64,000 nt of DNA from Atopobiaceae bacterium (GTDB taxonomy: Bacteria > Actinomycetota > Coriobacteriia > Coriobacteriales > Atopobiaceae): the NCBI GenBank assembly GCA_022483015.1, contig JAKVOB010000001.1, positions 952,902 through 1,016,901 of the forward strand, read 5' to 3'. Under the pieces are notes generated by a model that was given only the letters and a program-made list of their open reading frames with translations, did no database searches and had not been told where the DNA came from. The position numbers and the translations under genes were made by a program. Of the stretch, positions 25,562 through 36,116 are shown in pieces. Position 1 is the stretch's first letter, and every line of letters starts with the position of its first letter.

Positions 25562-26821
25562 CTAGGCTCGCTTGGAGAGGATCTCGTCCTCGTACTCCTT
25601 AACCGCACCCCAGAGGTCACTGTCAAGGGGAGTGTTGGCACGGCTGCAATACTCGTCCCATACGGCTCCGAACGGCATGCTCTTGAACTGCTCGGTGACC
25701 ATCATCTTCTCGGAGAACTGATAAGTGTCCTGCAGCTCCTTGAGCCGTGCATGGGGCTGGAGCATCTCGAAGAGGAGCGACTTCTCCATGGCCCGCATGC
25801 CCGTGGCCCATGCCCCGATGCGGTTGATGGAGGCATCGAAGAAGTCGAGTCCGACGAGGACCTTGTCCATCCCACCAGGGCAGCGCACGACCTCGCTCGC
25901 GATGTCGCGAATGGTGTCATCGAACAGGACCACATGGTCGGAGTCCCAGTGCATCGGACGCGTGACATGGAGGGGCACGTAGGGGAAGAACTGCAGGAGC
26001 GACGGGAGCTTGTCGGCGATGCTCTCGGTGGGGTTGAAGTGGCCTGCGTCTATGAGGACCACGAGGTTGCCCCCGTGCTTGGCGGCATAGGAGATGTAGA
26101 ACTCGTTGTTGCCGACGGTGAATCCCTCGAGGCCAATGCCGAAGACCTTCTGCTCGACCGCATCGATGACATGCGGCGTCTCGAAGGCATAGATCTGGTC
26201 AAGGGAGTCCTTGAGACGCGCGCGCATGCCATAGCGGTCAGCCGGGATGTCCTTGAGGCCATCAGGTATCCAGAAATTGTTCAGGACCATGTCATCGGTC
26301 TCTTCGCCAATTCTCTCCGCAATCCTGCGACAGGCGATGCAATGGCGGATCCAGAAGTCTCGGGTTCCCTCGTCGGGAGACGAGACGGAGCAGTTGTGAT
26401 TCATCCTAGGGTGCGAGAAGATCGTGGGGTTGAAGTCGATGCCGTATCCTTTGTCCTGGGCCCACTTGACCCATGGCTCGAAGTGCTTGTACTCAAGCTG
26501 GTCCCGGTCGACCCAGGGGTTCTCTGCGGTGAAGACGGCGTAGCTCGCGTGCAGATTGATGCGCTTCTTGCCGGGGATGAGGCTTGCCGCCTTCTCGAAG
26601 TCCGCCGTCAGCTCGCCGAAGTTGCGGGCTCTCCCCGGATAGTTCCCTGTCGTGAGTATCCCCCCCGAGGCGGCGTTTCCCTTCTGGTCGAAGCCGCAGA
26701 CGTCATCTCCTTGCCAGCAATGCATGGAAATCGCCTTCCCGGCGAGGTCCTCCATGATCTTCTCGGTGTCGATGCCACAAGTGGCATAGGATGCCTTCGC
26801 GAGCTCATACGCAGTCGACAT
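25562..26821 (-). CDS. rhaA: L-rhamnose isomerase
   Basis: 419 aa. ...AISMHCWQGDDVCGF...INLHASYA...WDSDHVV, characteristic of RhaA. Confidence 0.88.
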   Translation of the reverse strand: MSTAYELAKASYATCGIDTEKIMEDLAGKAISMHCWQGDDVCGFDQKGNAASGGILTTGNYPGRARNFGELTADFEKAASLIPGKKRINLHASYAVFTAENPWVDRDQLEYKHFEPWVKWAQDKGYGIDFNPTIFSHPRMNHNCSVSSPDEGTRDFWIRHCIACRRIAERIGEETDDMVLNNFWIPDGLKDIPADRYGMRARLKDSLDQIYAFETPHVIDAVEQKVFGIGLEGFTVGNNEFYISYAAKHGGNLVVLIDAGHFNPTESIADKLPSLLQFFPYVPLHVTRPMHWDSDHVVLFDDTIRDIASEVVRCPGGMDKVLVGLDFFDASINRIGAWATGMRAMEKSLLFEMLQPHARLKELQDTYQFSEKMMVTEQFKSMPFGAVWDEYCSRANTPLDSDLWGAVKEYEDEILSKRA

Positions 26822-26902
26822 GTTCTTGACTCCCGTCGTCGCGCTGCCATAGCGGCAGCTCTCCTGTTGCGTTCCATCTTGTCTTGCCTTGTTCTGGTAT
26901 GC

Positions 26903-28369
26903 CTATCTCACGAGCCTGACGTCAAACGAGGATGCGATGGTATCGCGGGCCTCCGAGACGGACGAGAACTCGTCAGCCACAATCATCTGTGCCACGAGGT
27001 TGCCGATGGACGTCGCCTCGACCGGGCCTGCATGAACGGGCATCTGACATGCCTGCGCGGTGAGTTCGTTGAGGTATGCGTCCTGGCATCCCCCGCCGAC
27101 GATGTTGATGGCGGAGAAGTCTCGTCCTGTGAGGGCGTGGAGGTCAGAGACGGCATCCGCATACGAACGGGAGAGGCTGCGATAGATGGTCTGGAGGACC
27201 TGGCCGATCGTGCATGGTATGGGCTGACCGTCATCGCGACACGCGTTTCTGACCTCCTCGATCATGGAGTCAGGTGTGAGGAATCGGTCGTCATCTACGT
27301 TTACGACGGCTTTGAAATCGTGCTCATCGCGAGCCAATCCTATGAGTTCGGTGAAGCTGAACTCATGATCGCTCTGAGCAACGAGCGACGTCTTGCCCTT
27401 GACGTAGTCCACACCGTTGATCTCGCGACGGACACACTGGATCATCCAGAGCCCCATGATGTTCTTGAGGTACCTGTACCGCCTCTCATAACCTCCCTCG
27501 TTCGTGAGGTTATGAAGTCGGCCGGCGGCGCTTATGAGGGGCTTCGCGTTCTCGATTCCGATGAGGCTCCAGGTGCCAGACGAGATGAAGACGGAGCTTT
27601 CGTCGTGGGTAGGCACGGCGAGGAACGCGGATCCCGTGTCATGAGTTGCTGGGAGCACCACCTTCGCGTCATAGCCCACCACTTCTGCGACTTCGGGAAG
27701 GAGCCCTCCCAGAGTGGTTCCCGGCATCAGGGGTGTCCGGAAGAGCTTGGAAGGGATTCCACACGCCTCAATGACCTTGGGGTCCCAGTCGCACAAACGC
27801 GCGTTCACGAGACCGGTCGTCGTCGCGTTCGTATACTCGTTGGTCTTTACACCAGTCAGACGCCAGTTGAGGTAATCGGGGATCATGAGGAAGGTCTGCG
27901 CACGCTCGACCTGCTCGGGATGCTCGCGGGCAAGGGCGATGAGCTGATAGATCGTGTTGAACGGTTGGCGCTGGACGCCCGTGTGCTCGTAGAGGGTCCC
28001 GGGGTCGATGAGCTTGTCAACGAGTTCGGGAATGTCCTCCGTGCGCCTGTCGCGATAGGCGACGGCATCACCAAGGACGTGGTCATTCTCGTCGAGTAGG
28101 ACGAAGTCGACGCCCCAGGTATCGATTCCGATGCTCTCAGGGACACGGCCGAACTCGCTGCTGCAGGCGGCAAGGCCCCTCTCGACTTGGTCGAAGAGCT
28201 CCTCTACGTCCCAACAGTCATGATTGTCGATGCGCCTCTGTGAGTTGGCGAAGCGATAGACCTCCTGGAACCCAATCCTGCCGTCATCGACCCATCCAAT
28301 CAGGACACGTCCACTTGATGCTCCTATGTCTACGGCGGCATGGCACCTCATGTTGGAGGGATCGTCCAT
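26903..28369 (-). CDS. rhaB: Rhamnulokinase (FGGY carbohydrate kinase)
   Basis: 488 aa. AAVDIGASSGRV...GIDTWGVDFVLLD...FSAINIVGGGCQ. Synteny with rhaA/rhaD. Confidence 0.85.
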   Translation of the reverse strand: MDDPSNMRCHAAVDIGASSGRVLIGWVDDGRIGFQEVYRFANSQRRIDNHDCWDVEELFDQVERGLAACSSEFGRVPESIGIDTWGVDFVLLDENDHVLGDAVAYRDRRTEDIPELVDKLIDPGTLYEHTGVQRQPFNTIYQLIALAREHPEQVERAQTFLMIPDYLNWRLTGVKTNEYTNATTTGLVNARLCDWDPKVIEACGIPSKLFRTPLMPGTTLGGLLPEVAEVVGYDAKVVLPATHDTGSAFLAVPTHDESSVFISSGTWSLIGIENAKPLISAAGRLHNLTNEGGYERRYRYLKNIMGLWMIQCVRREINGVDYVKGKTSLVAQSDHEFSFTELIGLARDEHDFKAVVNVDDDRFLTPDSMIEEVRNACRDDGQPIPCTIGQVLQTIYRSLSRSYADAVSDLHALTGRDFSAINIVGGGCQDAYLNELTAQACQMPVHAGPVEATSIGNLVAQMIVADEFSSVSEARDTIASSFDVRLVR

Positions 28370-28697
28370 GATGTTTCCCTTCGCTTGAAAACCACGGCCA
28401 TTTGATTTTGTAGGCCAATCCTACCAGGATGTAAAAATGGATTTCGCAGGAAGAGTCTATCACAGAAACCAATTTCTTATTGAAGATGGGCATGACGAAA
28501 GAGGTAGAGGCCACCTTTTCGTCAAATAGCAGACTGGAGAACCCAAGACACGAATCTGCAAATGGTCGAGGAACAACTGCGAACGGCTATCACCAGGGAC
28601 TGATATCGAAGTTGAAGTCCATACGGCTGAAACACCTCTCATGTACCTTCCAGCGCGGTGCCGCCAGGGCTCGTCGTTGCACGCGTCATATCACCTA

Positions 28698-29561
28698 TCA
28701 GTCAGTGTCGGCCGTCTTGTCGAGGGCAAAAGACTTGTTGAAGATACGGAGGTATTCCCCTACGTCAAGCGAGTCGTGGAAGAGGAGAAGCACCAGGAGC
28801 TCGATAACGAAGTCAATCGAGCTGTACGAGAACGAGAAGTCGCCGGCAAGGAGACGGTCCCGCGAGACGGCAGCCAAGACATGATCCGCCCTGCGCGCGA
28901 GCGTGCTCGCCCCGTTGCCCGTGATGATAGCCGTAGGTATGGCGGAATCGGCTGCCTCATCCATGATGATGCCCAGACGCTTGGACTCGCCGGAGCTCGA
29001 GATGAAGAGGATGCAGTCAGAACCCGTGAGCAACTGTGTGAGCACAGTGGCGGCATCAGAGGAGACTGGGGATATGGCGCGAATGCCCACATGAGTCAGC
29101 TTCACGGCAGCCGTCTGGGCGACCGAGAGCGAGGTCCCCACACCAACGACCAACACGGTTCCGGCCCCTTGGAGGAGACGGGTAATGGCGGTTACCTCAT
29201 CGGGGTCGAGAGAAGCCACCGTATCCTCGAGCTCGTGTACCTTCTGGTCGAGGTAGAAGCGCATCGAGGATGAGACGTCATCGAGTGAGATGACGGCAGC
29301 TCCCTCGCTTGGCTCCTGGCGCGAGGCCTCCTCTCTGGAGAGGGCCAGGCGGAGTTGAGCAAAGCTCTCGTATCCTAACGTGTGGACGAAACGCGAAACC
29401 GTGGTGTTGGAGGTATGGCATTTCTGGGCTATCTCACTTGCCATGAGCGAAGAGACCTGCTCGTCATCAGTGAGGATGAAGTTCGCAATGCGCTGCTCGG
29501 AATCCGAGAAACGCTTATATGACGAGAGAATCTGGCTCGTTACGGTTGATTCCTGGCCCAT
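28698..29561 (-). CDS. RpiR/MurR-family transcriptional regulator (HTH_6 + SIS)
   Basis: SEQRIANFILTD...IAQKCHTSNTTVSRFVHTLGYESFAQLR, then a SIS domain VLVVGVGTS. ATG 29561 is preceded by GGGAGG. Confidence 0.85.
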   Translation of the reverse strand: MGQESTVTSQILSSYKRFSDSEQRIANFILTDDEQVSSLMASEIAQKCHTSNTTVSRFVHTLGYESFAQLRLALSREEASRQEPSEGAAVISLDDVSSSMRFYLDQKVHELEDTVASLDPDEVTAITRLLQGAGTVLVVGVGTSLSVAQTAAVKLTHVGIRAISPVSSDAATVLTQLLTGSDCILFISSSGESKRLGIIMDEAADSAIPTAIITGNGASTLARRADHVLAAVSRDRLLAGDFSFSYSSIDFVIELLVLLLFHDSLDVGEYLRIFNKSFALDKTADTD

Positions 29562-29619
29562 GGATACCTCCCTTGATAGACGACATGACCAGACCAAACC
29601 TGTACGAGAGTACTCTTTT

Positions 29620-29646
29620 GTCGCTTGTCGCTTGTCGCTTGTCGCT
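29620..29646 (+). repeat. Heptanucleotide microsatellite (GTCGCTT x3.9)
   Basis: GTCGCTTGTCGCTTGTCGCTTGTCGCT in the divergent rpiR / PTS intergenic region. Confidence 0.9.
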
Positions 29647-30297
29647 GATTGGTAGAGTTGGGATAGGCACTGGGCACCGTACCAATCTTAAGCACCAGGG
29701 ACAAGTTCTCATGGAAACGTCCCGATAGTCCAGTGATGTATAGCCGAGCAGTTCCATGGCCTTGTAATCGATGTCGCAGGGGTCGTGCAATACCGCCCGC
29801 GGTCTTCAGACAACCGTTCACGGAGATACCCGGTAGTCGGAAAATGAGTAACCATCCATCCAGAATGACCGTTTTAGCAGGACTAAGTTTATCCCTGGGT
29901 CGAAAAACGCTACCGCATGACAAAGATAGAACAAAAATCACTTTCATACTTTGCTATTATCGAATGCGGCAGATGGGCTTATGGATACGTGACGAGCATG
30001 AATCTGCCAGGCAAGTGTTATTTGCAGTGCAACCATCATAAGGGCCAGAGGGAGATTTGGGTTATCTGGCAATGAGTGACGTATCGGTTTTGGTTAGCAG
30101 TATGGAGCGTTGTACCGGTCAACGTACCTTCTGATTGCTATATGGGACTGAGCGGGGGGAGGCTCGAGGAAAGACGTAAGCGTATATGCCATGTCTTCTG
30201 CTCGATGTCATCAAGGAACCGATTGATCTTCGGTGACAAGTAGATTGCTTGGTCCACTAATCACAAAGAAGAAGTGATATGAGAGGTCGTGCGAAAT

Positions 30298-31752
30298 ATG
30301 GCAACTGATTACTATGGCATAGCCGAGCAGTGCGTCAAGCTCTCAGGCGGCAAAGACAATATCACCTATGTGGCTCATTGCATGACGCGCCTCCGTTTTC
30401 GTCTCAAGGACGATTCGCTGTATCAGCGCGAAGAGATTGATAAGATCGATTCCCTTTTCGGTACGGCGGAGATGAACGGAGAGCACCAGATTATCGTTGG
30501 GCCTGGTGCCGTCAACAAGGTCTATGACGCGGTCCTGAGCATCACCGGACAAGAGGGACAAGGCAGCGTTGATGATCCGGAGGCGGAGAAGGCAGATACT
30601 CAGAGGACCGAGAAAAAAGAAATCACGGGGCCGAAGAAGCTCAAAGGTGTCGGCGGGAAAATACTCGATGTTATCTCGAGTGTGTTCATTCCCATCATTC
30701 CCCTAGTTGCTGCAGCGGGAACCCTCAAAGGATTTCTCTCTATATTCGTTCAGCTCGGTCTTCTCACATCGACGGATACCACATACGTCATTCTCTATGC
30801 GGTTGCCGATGCCGTGTTCTATTTCCTCCCAATCGTGATTGGCTATACGGCGGGGAAGAGGTTTGGTGCGAATCCCTTCTACACGATGATTCTTGGCGCC
30901 TTTCTTGTTTACCCGACCATTGTCTCCGCCTATTCCGACGGTACCGACGTCACGTTTCTCGGCATCCCTGTCGTGATGGTGAGCTATACATCAAGTGTAC
31001 TTCCCATCATCTTCGCATCATGGATTGCCGCAAAGCTGCAGAAGTTCTTTGAAAAGGTATTGCCAGTCGTGACTCAGCTGATCTTTGTCCCGTTCCTTAC
31101 GCTTGTCATTTCTGCTCCACTGACGTTGATCATTGTCGGTCCTGTGCTGACATGGGTGAACGATGGGCTCTGTGCAGGCGTGAATGCGCTGTATGAGTTT
31201 GCTCCTCTTCTCTGTGGGGCTGTCATGGGCGGTGTCTGGCAGGCCGCTGTGCTCTCAGGCATCGGCTGGGGCTTCATCTCGGTCTTCCTCGCACAGATTG
31301 CAACGAACGGAGGAAGCCAGCTCCTGGCCTGTCTCGCGTGCACGGTCTTTGCTCAAGGCGGCGCTGCTCTTGCGGCTGGTCTCGGTGCGAAGAGCAAGAA
31401 GTTCCGCTCGCTTGGCATCAGTGCAGGCATAACCGCTCTGCTGGGTGTTACCGAGCCCTCGATTTACGGTATCAACGTCCCTGCAAGGAAGCCCTTCTTC
31501 ATCGGTCTCGCTGCTGGCGCGGTTGGCGGTCTGATTACGGCTATCTTTGGAACGTCGCAGTATGCCCTTGGTCCTTCGGGTATCTTCGTTATCCCCGTCC
31601 TGATTGGTTCCAACGGAATTGACATGGCGGTGATTGGCGGGATTATCGCTTGTATCGTTTCCTATGTTCTTGCATTTGTCCTGACATGGCTGTTCGGTCG
31701 CAAGAACACGATTCTGGATAAGTCCGATTCCGAGCTGGCTGCTGCTGAGTAG
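30298..31752 (+). CDS. PTS sugar transporter, EIIB(Glc-type)-EIIC fusion
   Basis: EIIB active-site context ITYVAHCMTRLRF, followed by a polytopic EIIC. No EIIA domain. An alternative GTG start is at 30289. Confidence 0.85.
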   Translation: MATDYYGIAEQCVKLSGGKDNITYVAHCMTRLRFRLKDDSLYQREEIDKIDSLFGTAEMNGEHQIIVGPGAVNKVYDAVLSITGQEGQGSVDDPEAEKADTQRTEKKEITGPKKLKGVGGKILDVISSVFIPIIPLVAAAGTLKGFLSIFVQLGLLTSTDTTYVILYAVADAVFYFLPIVIGYTAGKRFGANPFYTMILGAFLVYPTIVSAYSDGTDVTFLGIPVVMVSYTSSVLPIIFASWIAAKLQKFFEKVLPVVTQLIFVPFLTLVISAPLTLIIVGPVLTWVNDGLCAGVNALYEFAPLLCGAVMGGVWQAAVLSGIGWGFISVFLAQIATNGGSQLLACLACTVFAQGGAALAAGLGAKSKKFRSLGISAGITALLGVTEPSIYGINVPARKPFFIGLAAGAVGGLITAIFGTSQYALGPSGIFVIPVLIGSNGIDMAVIGGIIACIVSYVLAFVLTWLFGRKNTILDKSDSELAAAE

Positions 31753-31763
31753 AGTGGTTCCAG

Positions 31764-31800
31764 ATGCTGCCGGCCGTCAGCGTTTGACGGCCGGCAGCAT
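31764..31800 (+). terminator. Stem-loop after the PTS gene
   Basis: ATGCTGCCGGCCGTCA-gcgtt-TGACGGCCGGCAGCAT, a 16-bp perfect stem. Confidence 0.7.
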
Positions 31801-31859
31801 GGCATCTCTGCAACCCATGGCTAATCTAGAGGTCAGTTGAGGAAAGAGGATCGAGAGCA

Positions 31860-34485
31860 ATGGCATCAGATCAGATATTCCCCTTCCTTTGGCTCAAGGG
31901 AGAATCAGGAGCCACCATCAAAGACGAGATCTCTAGGATTGACTCTTGTGGCATCAAGGCCTTCTGTGTCGAATCCCGTCCACACCCTGACTTCATGGGT
32001 TCGAAATGGTGGGAAGATCTCGACCTGATCATGGGGGAGGCGAAGAAGCGCGGCATGCGCGTGTGGCTTCTCGACGATTCGCACTTTCCCACGGGCTTCT
32101 GCAATGGTGCCATCCGTGACAAGTATCCAGAGAGACGGAAGCGCTATATCGACTACAACATAGCTGACGTCTGGGGCAAGTCCACCGAGATGGAGCTAAA
32201 CATCGGCTCCATGCTCGCAAAGAGACGATCATGGCGGAACAAGACCTCTCAGGCTGACCTTGACGAGCAGAAGAACAACAAGCTGGTTGCGGTCGTAGCC
32301 TACCCAGTCGTCGAGGGCAGGAAGGTGGATGAGAGCCAGGGAATAGACCTTACGCATGAAGTGGACGACGGATGGCTCAAGCATCGCTTTTCGGCCAAGC
32401 CCTGGCGTGTCTTCGTGGTGTTCGAAACGAGGTGTGGCGGAGGAAACCCCGACTACATCGATCTTCTGAACGAGCAGTCAGTAAAAACACTGATTGACGA
32501 GATTTATGAGCCGCATTACCAGCGCTACAAAGAGGAATTCGGAAAGACCTTCGCGGGCTTCTTCTCTGATGAGCCAGGCTTTGGTAACTCATCAGGGTTC
32601 GACAAAGACGAGCGAATTGGGGTAAAGCAGATGCCACTCCCTTGGAGTGACGAGGTCTGTGATTCCATGAATGCCCTATATGGGCGTGAATGGCGTTTGT
32701 ATCTGCCCTTCCTGTGGACACCGTCTATCCAGGACAACTGGGCGTGCGCCGCCCGGGTGAACTACATGGACATTGTGACGAGTATCGCCTCTAGGAACTT
32801 TGGCGGACAGATCGGCACTTGGTGCAGTAAGAGGGGGGTGGAGTACACGGGTCATGTGATTGAGGACAACAACCAACATGACCATCTCGGCTGTGGACCC
32901 GGGCACTACTTCCGTTTCATGGAAGGCCAACAGATAGCGGGCATTGATACCATTGGGTGCCAGATTGCATATGGAGGGAACCTCTGCACAAGAGGGAACT
33001 CGTCGAAATCAGATGGAGAGTTCTTCCAGTATGCCCTTGCGAAGCTCGGGTCATCCTCGGGTGCGCTTGATGCCAACAAGGCCGGGAGAACGATGTGCGA
33101 GCTGTTTGGTGCCTATGGATGGGGGCTATCGGTCCGTGATATGAAGTGGATTGCCGACTCGCTTCTTGTCCGCGGTGTTAACCACTTTGTCCCCCCATGC
33201 CTTCTCCATGCATGATTATCCGGACCCTGATTGTCCCGCACACTTCTACGCAAGGGGAAACAATCCGCAGTTCCCCTTCTTCGCCGAGCTCATGGGATAT
33301 CTTGGTAGGGTCGGTGAACTTATCAGTGGTGGAAGGCCTCAGGTGCAAGTAGCCGTTCTCTATCAAGGTGAGCAAGAATGGGCGGGGAATTACATGCCCA
33401 TGCAGAAGCCCGCGAGAATCCTGAGCCAGCATCAGATTGATTTCCTGTTTGTGTCTGCAGATATGTTGGCGGAGCGTGCGGAGGTGGATGGGGACCGATT
33501 CGTGATCAACGGCGTTGAATTCGATGCCCTGGTCGTTCCATACTCCGATGTCATCACAGACAAGACCATGCGGTTCATTCGGCGATACGTCGATGGAGCC
33601 GTTATTTTTGTCGATCGATATCCCAGCCGTGTTGTTGCCAAGGGCAGTACGGTATCCTTCGAGCCATGTACCTGTTGTAGCGTCACTCCTCTCGATGACC
33701 TGCCATCTGCTTGCCACGCGGTCCTGCTTGACCCCATCGAGCTCGACCAGCCTTTTCTCGAGCTTGCCGCGTACCACTATGTCAGGAGTGACTCTGAGCT
33801 GTTCCTCCTTCATAACGAGTCATCAAGTGAGGCCTATGAGGGAGGCATAAGCCTTCCAACCGATAAGTCCCTCTCGTCCTACGATGGATTCACCGATGGC
33901 TATACGCACCTTAACGCTCAGGTCGAGGAGGGAAGAAGCGAGATCTCTGTTGCGATTGAGCCGTATGGCATGCTCGTGCTCGTTGCTGGAGACAAGGGAT
34001 ACGGCCAAGTGGCGGAGTCGTCGCCCAACAAGGCAAGTAATCATGAGACACACGCTGATCTCACGGGGCCTTGGAGCGTATCAAGTTGTCGAAGTATAGA
34101 TTATCCTCGCTTTGTCGATGCGGGGAAGTCGGATGAGCTCACAGCCTTCTCCGACAGTCACGAGGCATTCTCTGGATACATTCGATATGAGACAGAAGTC
34201 GTGCTGGATTGCGATTGCGAAGAGGCACTTCTCGAGGCGGAGAATGTGGAGGACGCGGCACGAGTGTGGGTAGATGATGCTCTAGTGTCTAGTAGGCTAT
34301 ATCCACCCTTCCGTTTTGCACTTGGCGACTTGAAGTCGGGTGCCCATATGATTCGCATCGAGGTGTCAACTACATTGGAAAGAGAAAACGCATTCTCCGA
34401 GCACCCGTCTCTGCCGCCATCCTTTGAGGCGCTTCGTCCAACGGGGATGTTTGGGGGGGTCACTCTCCGATATAGGGAGGTCTGA
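31860..34485 (+). pseudogene. Putative glycoside hydrolase (~875 aa) split by a +1 frameshift in a C6 tract
   Basis: ORFs 31860-33215 and 33151-34485 overlap. Reading ...GVNHFVP then HAFSMHDYPDP... becomes continuous if one C of CCCCCC (33191-33196) is removed. Confidence 0.7.
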
Positions 34486-34550
34486 TTAGATCCCACCGCC
34501 AGAGTATCGGGTTCCCTCGGGATAGTGCGAGACAATTGCAGCGTCTGATC

Positions 34551-34735
34551 ACCAGCGGCGACGTTGGCCGTATTGGCGAGCATGGCGAGAATGAACATCA
34601 AATATTGTCGACTCATAACCCGGAGGTCGTTGGTTCAAATCCAGCCCCCGCGACCAAAAACATGCAGGTCATCGGCTTGTCCGATGGCCTGTTTTTGTGT
34701 TGGTACTACGTTGGTACTGCTTTGGTACTACAGGC
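34551..34735 (+). repeat. Extended att-region direct repeat (copy of 21745-21930)
   Basis: Same arm, core and 3x TTGGTACT (34700, 34711, 34722). Only the hairpin loop differs. Confidence 0.85.
34612..34656 (+). repeat. att core copy 3 (tRNA-Met 3' fragment)
   Basis: Identical 45-mer to 21806-21850. Confidence 0.85.
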
Positions 34736-34857
34736 TACGACTGTCGTCCTGTAGCTCTCAAATTCCATCCTCCCTAGCCTCTGAGTCATGGTGGATGGTA
34801 TTGATGAAGTACTATGTCTCTGGTCCGTACAATGTCCCAATAATCGGGAGGTCGCAA

Positions 34858-35847
34858 ATGCCGCTATCACTCAATGCTCTCATGCGGCATCTTCGACAAG
34901 CTCCAATTTCCATGGACATCAAAGGCACACGGCAGAAGAGGCTTCTCAAGAATCTAGGCTACTATCACGGTTACAAAGGTTACCGGTTCCTTGGAATCTC
35001 AGAGAATCGGATTGACCTAACTAGTTTTGATGATCTTGTTGCGGTTTCGTCGTTTGATATGGAACTTAAGAGTCTCATTTACCCTGAGATTATGTTTATC
35101 GAGACGGCGCTCAAGAACTATGTGCTTGAAGCTGTTCTTGCAAACTCTCACTCTGCAGTGTTTGAGGACGTATATGCGAGGTCAATGACTCGCTATAGAG
35201 AAAAGGACTCCACCGGCAAAAACGGAAGCAAGTTCTATCGCGACGAGCTCAGAAGACGCCTCAGGGCAAGAAGCGATATCAACGGCATTCTATATGCCAA
35301 CTGCGGTAGCGCGGCTGGCGGTGATCCAGTCATTTGGCACTTTCTGGAGCAGGGGAAGGCGGTTCCTATCTGGGCCTTATTCGAGGAACTCACACTCGGG
35401 CAGTTTGGAAACTTCTATCTGACCCTAGGAAGTAATGTCAAAGCTGCAGTTGCCTCCGACCTTGGTCTGCCTCGTTCATGCGATGGGGGCAAGATTCTAG
35501 GAAATATGATTTTCGTTCTTAAAGATCTCAGAAATGCCATTGCTCACAATAGGCCAATTTTTGACCTTCGCTTCAAGAGGGAGAATCCAGGAAAACCCGT
35601 AAGAAATTGTCTGCAATTTGGAGCGGGGGTAACGAACGTCAACTTTGATGTAATCACTGACTACATTGTTCTTATGACCTACTTACTGCGGCGTATGGGG
35701 AGGAGCAAGACAGACTGCAAGCGCTTTGCGAATAGTTATCTAAAGCTTGTGAGCGATAAGTGGAATGGCCTGCCCGGAACAACCGCAGCCGAAGTCGCTG
35801 GCACAGATGTCAGAAAGAAGATTGCGCAGCTAGTTGCTGCATTATGA
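34858..35847 (+). CDS. Abi_2 (AbiD/AbiF-like) abortive-infection family protein
   Basis: LLKNLGYYHGYKGYRF...IETALKNYV...LKDLRNAIAHNRPIFD. ATG 34858 is preceded by GGGAGG. The track start 34564 runs through the att repeat and is rejected. Confidence 0.8.
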   Translation: MPLSLNALMRHLRQAPISMDIKGTRQKRLLKNLGYYHGYKGYRFLGISENRIDLTSFDDLVAVSSFDMELKSLIYPEIMFIETALKNYVLEAVLANSHSAVFEDVYARSMTRYREKDSTGKNGSKFYRDELRRRLRARSDINGILYANCGSAAGGDPVIWHFLEQGKAVPIWALFEELTLGQFGNFYLTLGSNVKAAVASDLGLPRSCDGGKILGNMIFVLKDLRNAIAHNRPIFDLRFKRENPGKPVRNCLQFGAGVTNVNFDVITDYIVLMTYLLRRMGRSKTDCKRFANSYLKLVSDKWNGLPGTTAAEVAGTDVRKKIAQLVAAL

Positions 35848-35941
35848 AATCCGTCTAGTATTTTCGGGTTACTCTAGACAGCCTATTCATGGGTCTGTAC
35901 ACTTAGAGCAATCGCGGTGGATACCTGAGGGGTCCACCTGA

Positions 35942-35971
35942 AGAGGTCCGACACGTCGGGCCTCTTTTTTT
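35942..35971 (+). terminator. Rho-independent terminator after the Abi_2 gene
   Basis: AGAGGTCCGAC..GTCGGGCCTCT followed by T7. Confidence 0.75.
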
Positions 35972-36038
35972 GTGGGTTAAAGGACAAAACGTGTTGCTGT
36001 TCCTTCACGCCCTTGCAGGTAGGACCCAAAGAAACCAT

Positions 36039-36068
36039 CCTCGTAGTTGGCCGGCCCCAACTATGAGG
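36039..36068 (-). terminator. Stem-loop downstream of the minus-strand 280-aa gene
   Basis: CCTCGTAGTTGG-ccggcc-CCAACTATGAGG (one G-U pair). Confidence 0.5.
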
Positions 36069-36116
36069 AGGGACCGCGCGACATGGACCTTGCTACGGAC
36101 CAATATAGGGACGGCC

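Larger units (their letters stand above)
24088..34656. mobile_element. Segment C between att copies 2 and 3: rhamnose/PTS/glycosidase block (integrase-less island or trapped chromosomal DNA)
   Basis: Bracketed by att repeats. Its right end retains the 61-nt arm sequence shared with both integrase-proximal att sites, but no int gene. Confidence 0.35.

Noticed and set aside
25457-28099. 880-aa + strand ORF across rhaA/rhaB, and 684-aa minus-strand ORF 49414-51468 across the alpha-galactosidase
   Set aside because: Both are antisense to genes with unambiguous family motifs, and neither has motifs of its own.
34564-34857. N-terminal extension of the Abi_2 ORF from 34564
   Set aside because: The extension is read through the att arm, the tRNA fragment and the TTGGTACT repeats. 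ATG 34858 has a GGGAGG RBS and gives the usual family N-terminus.
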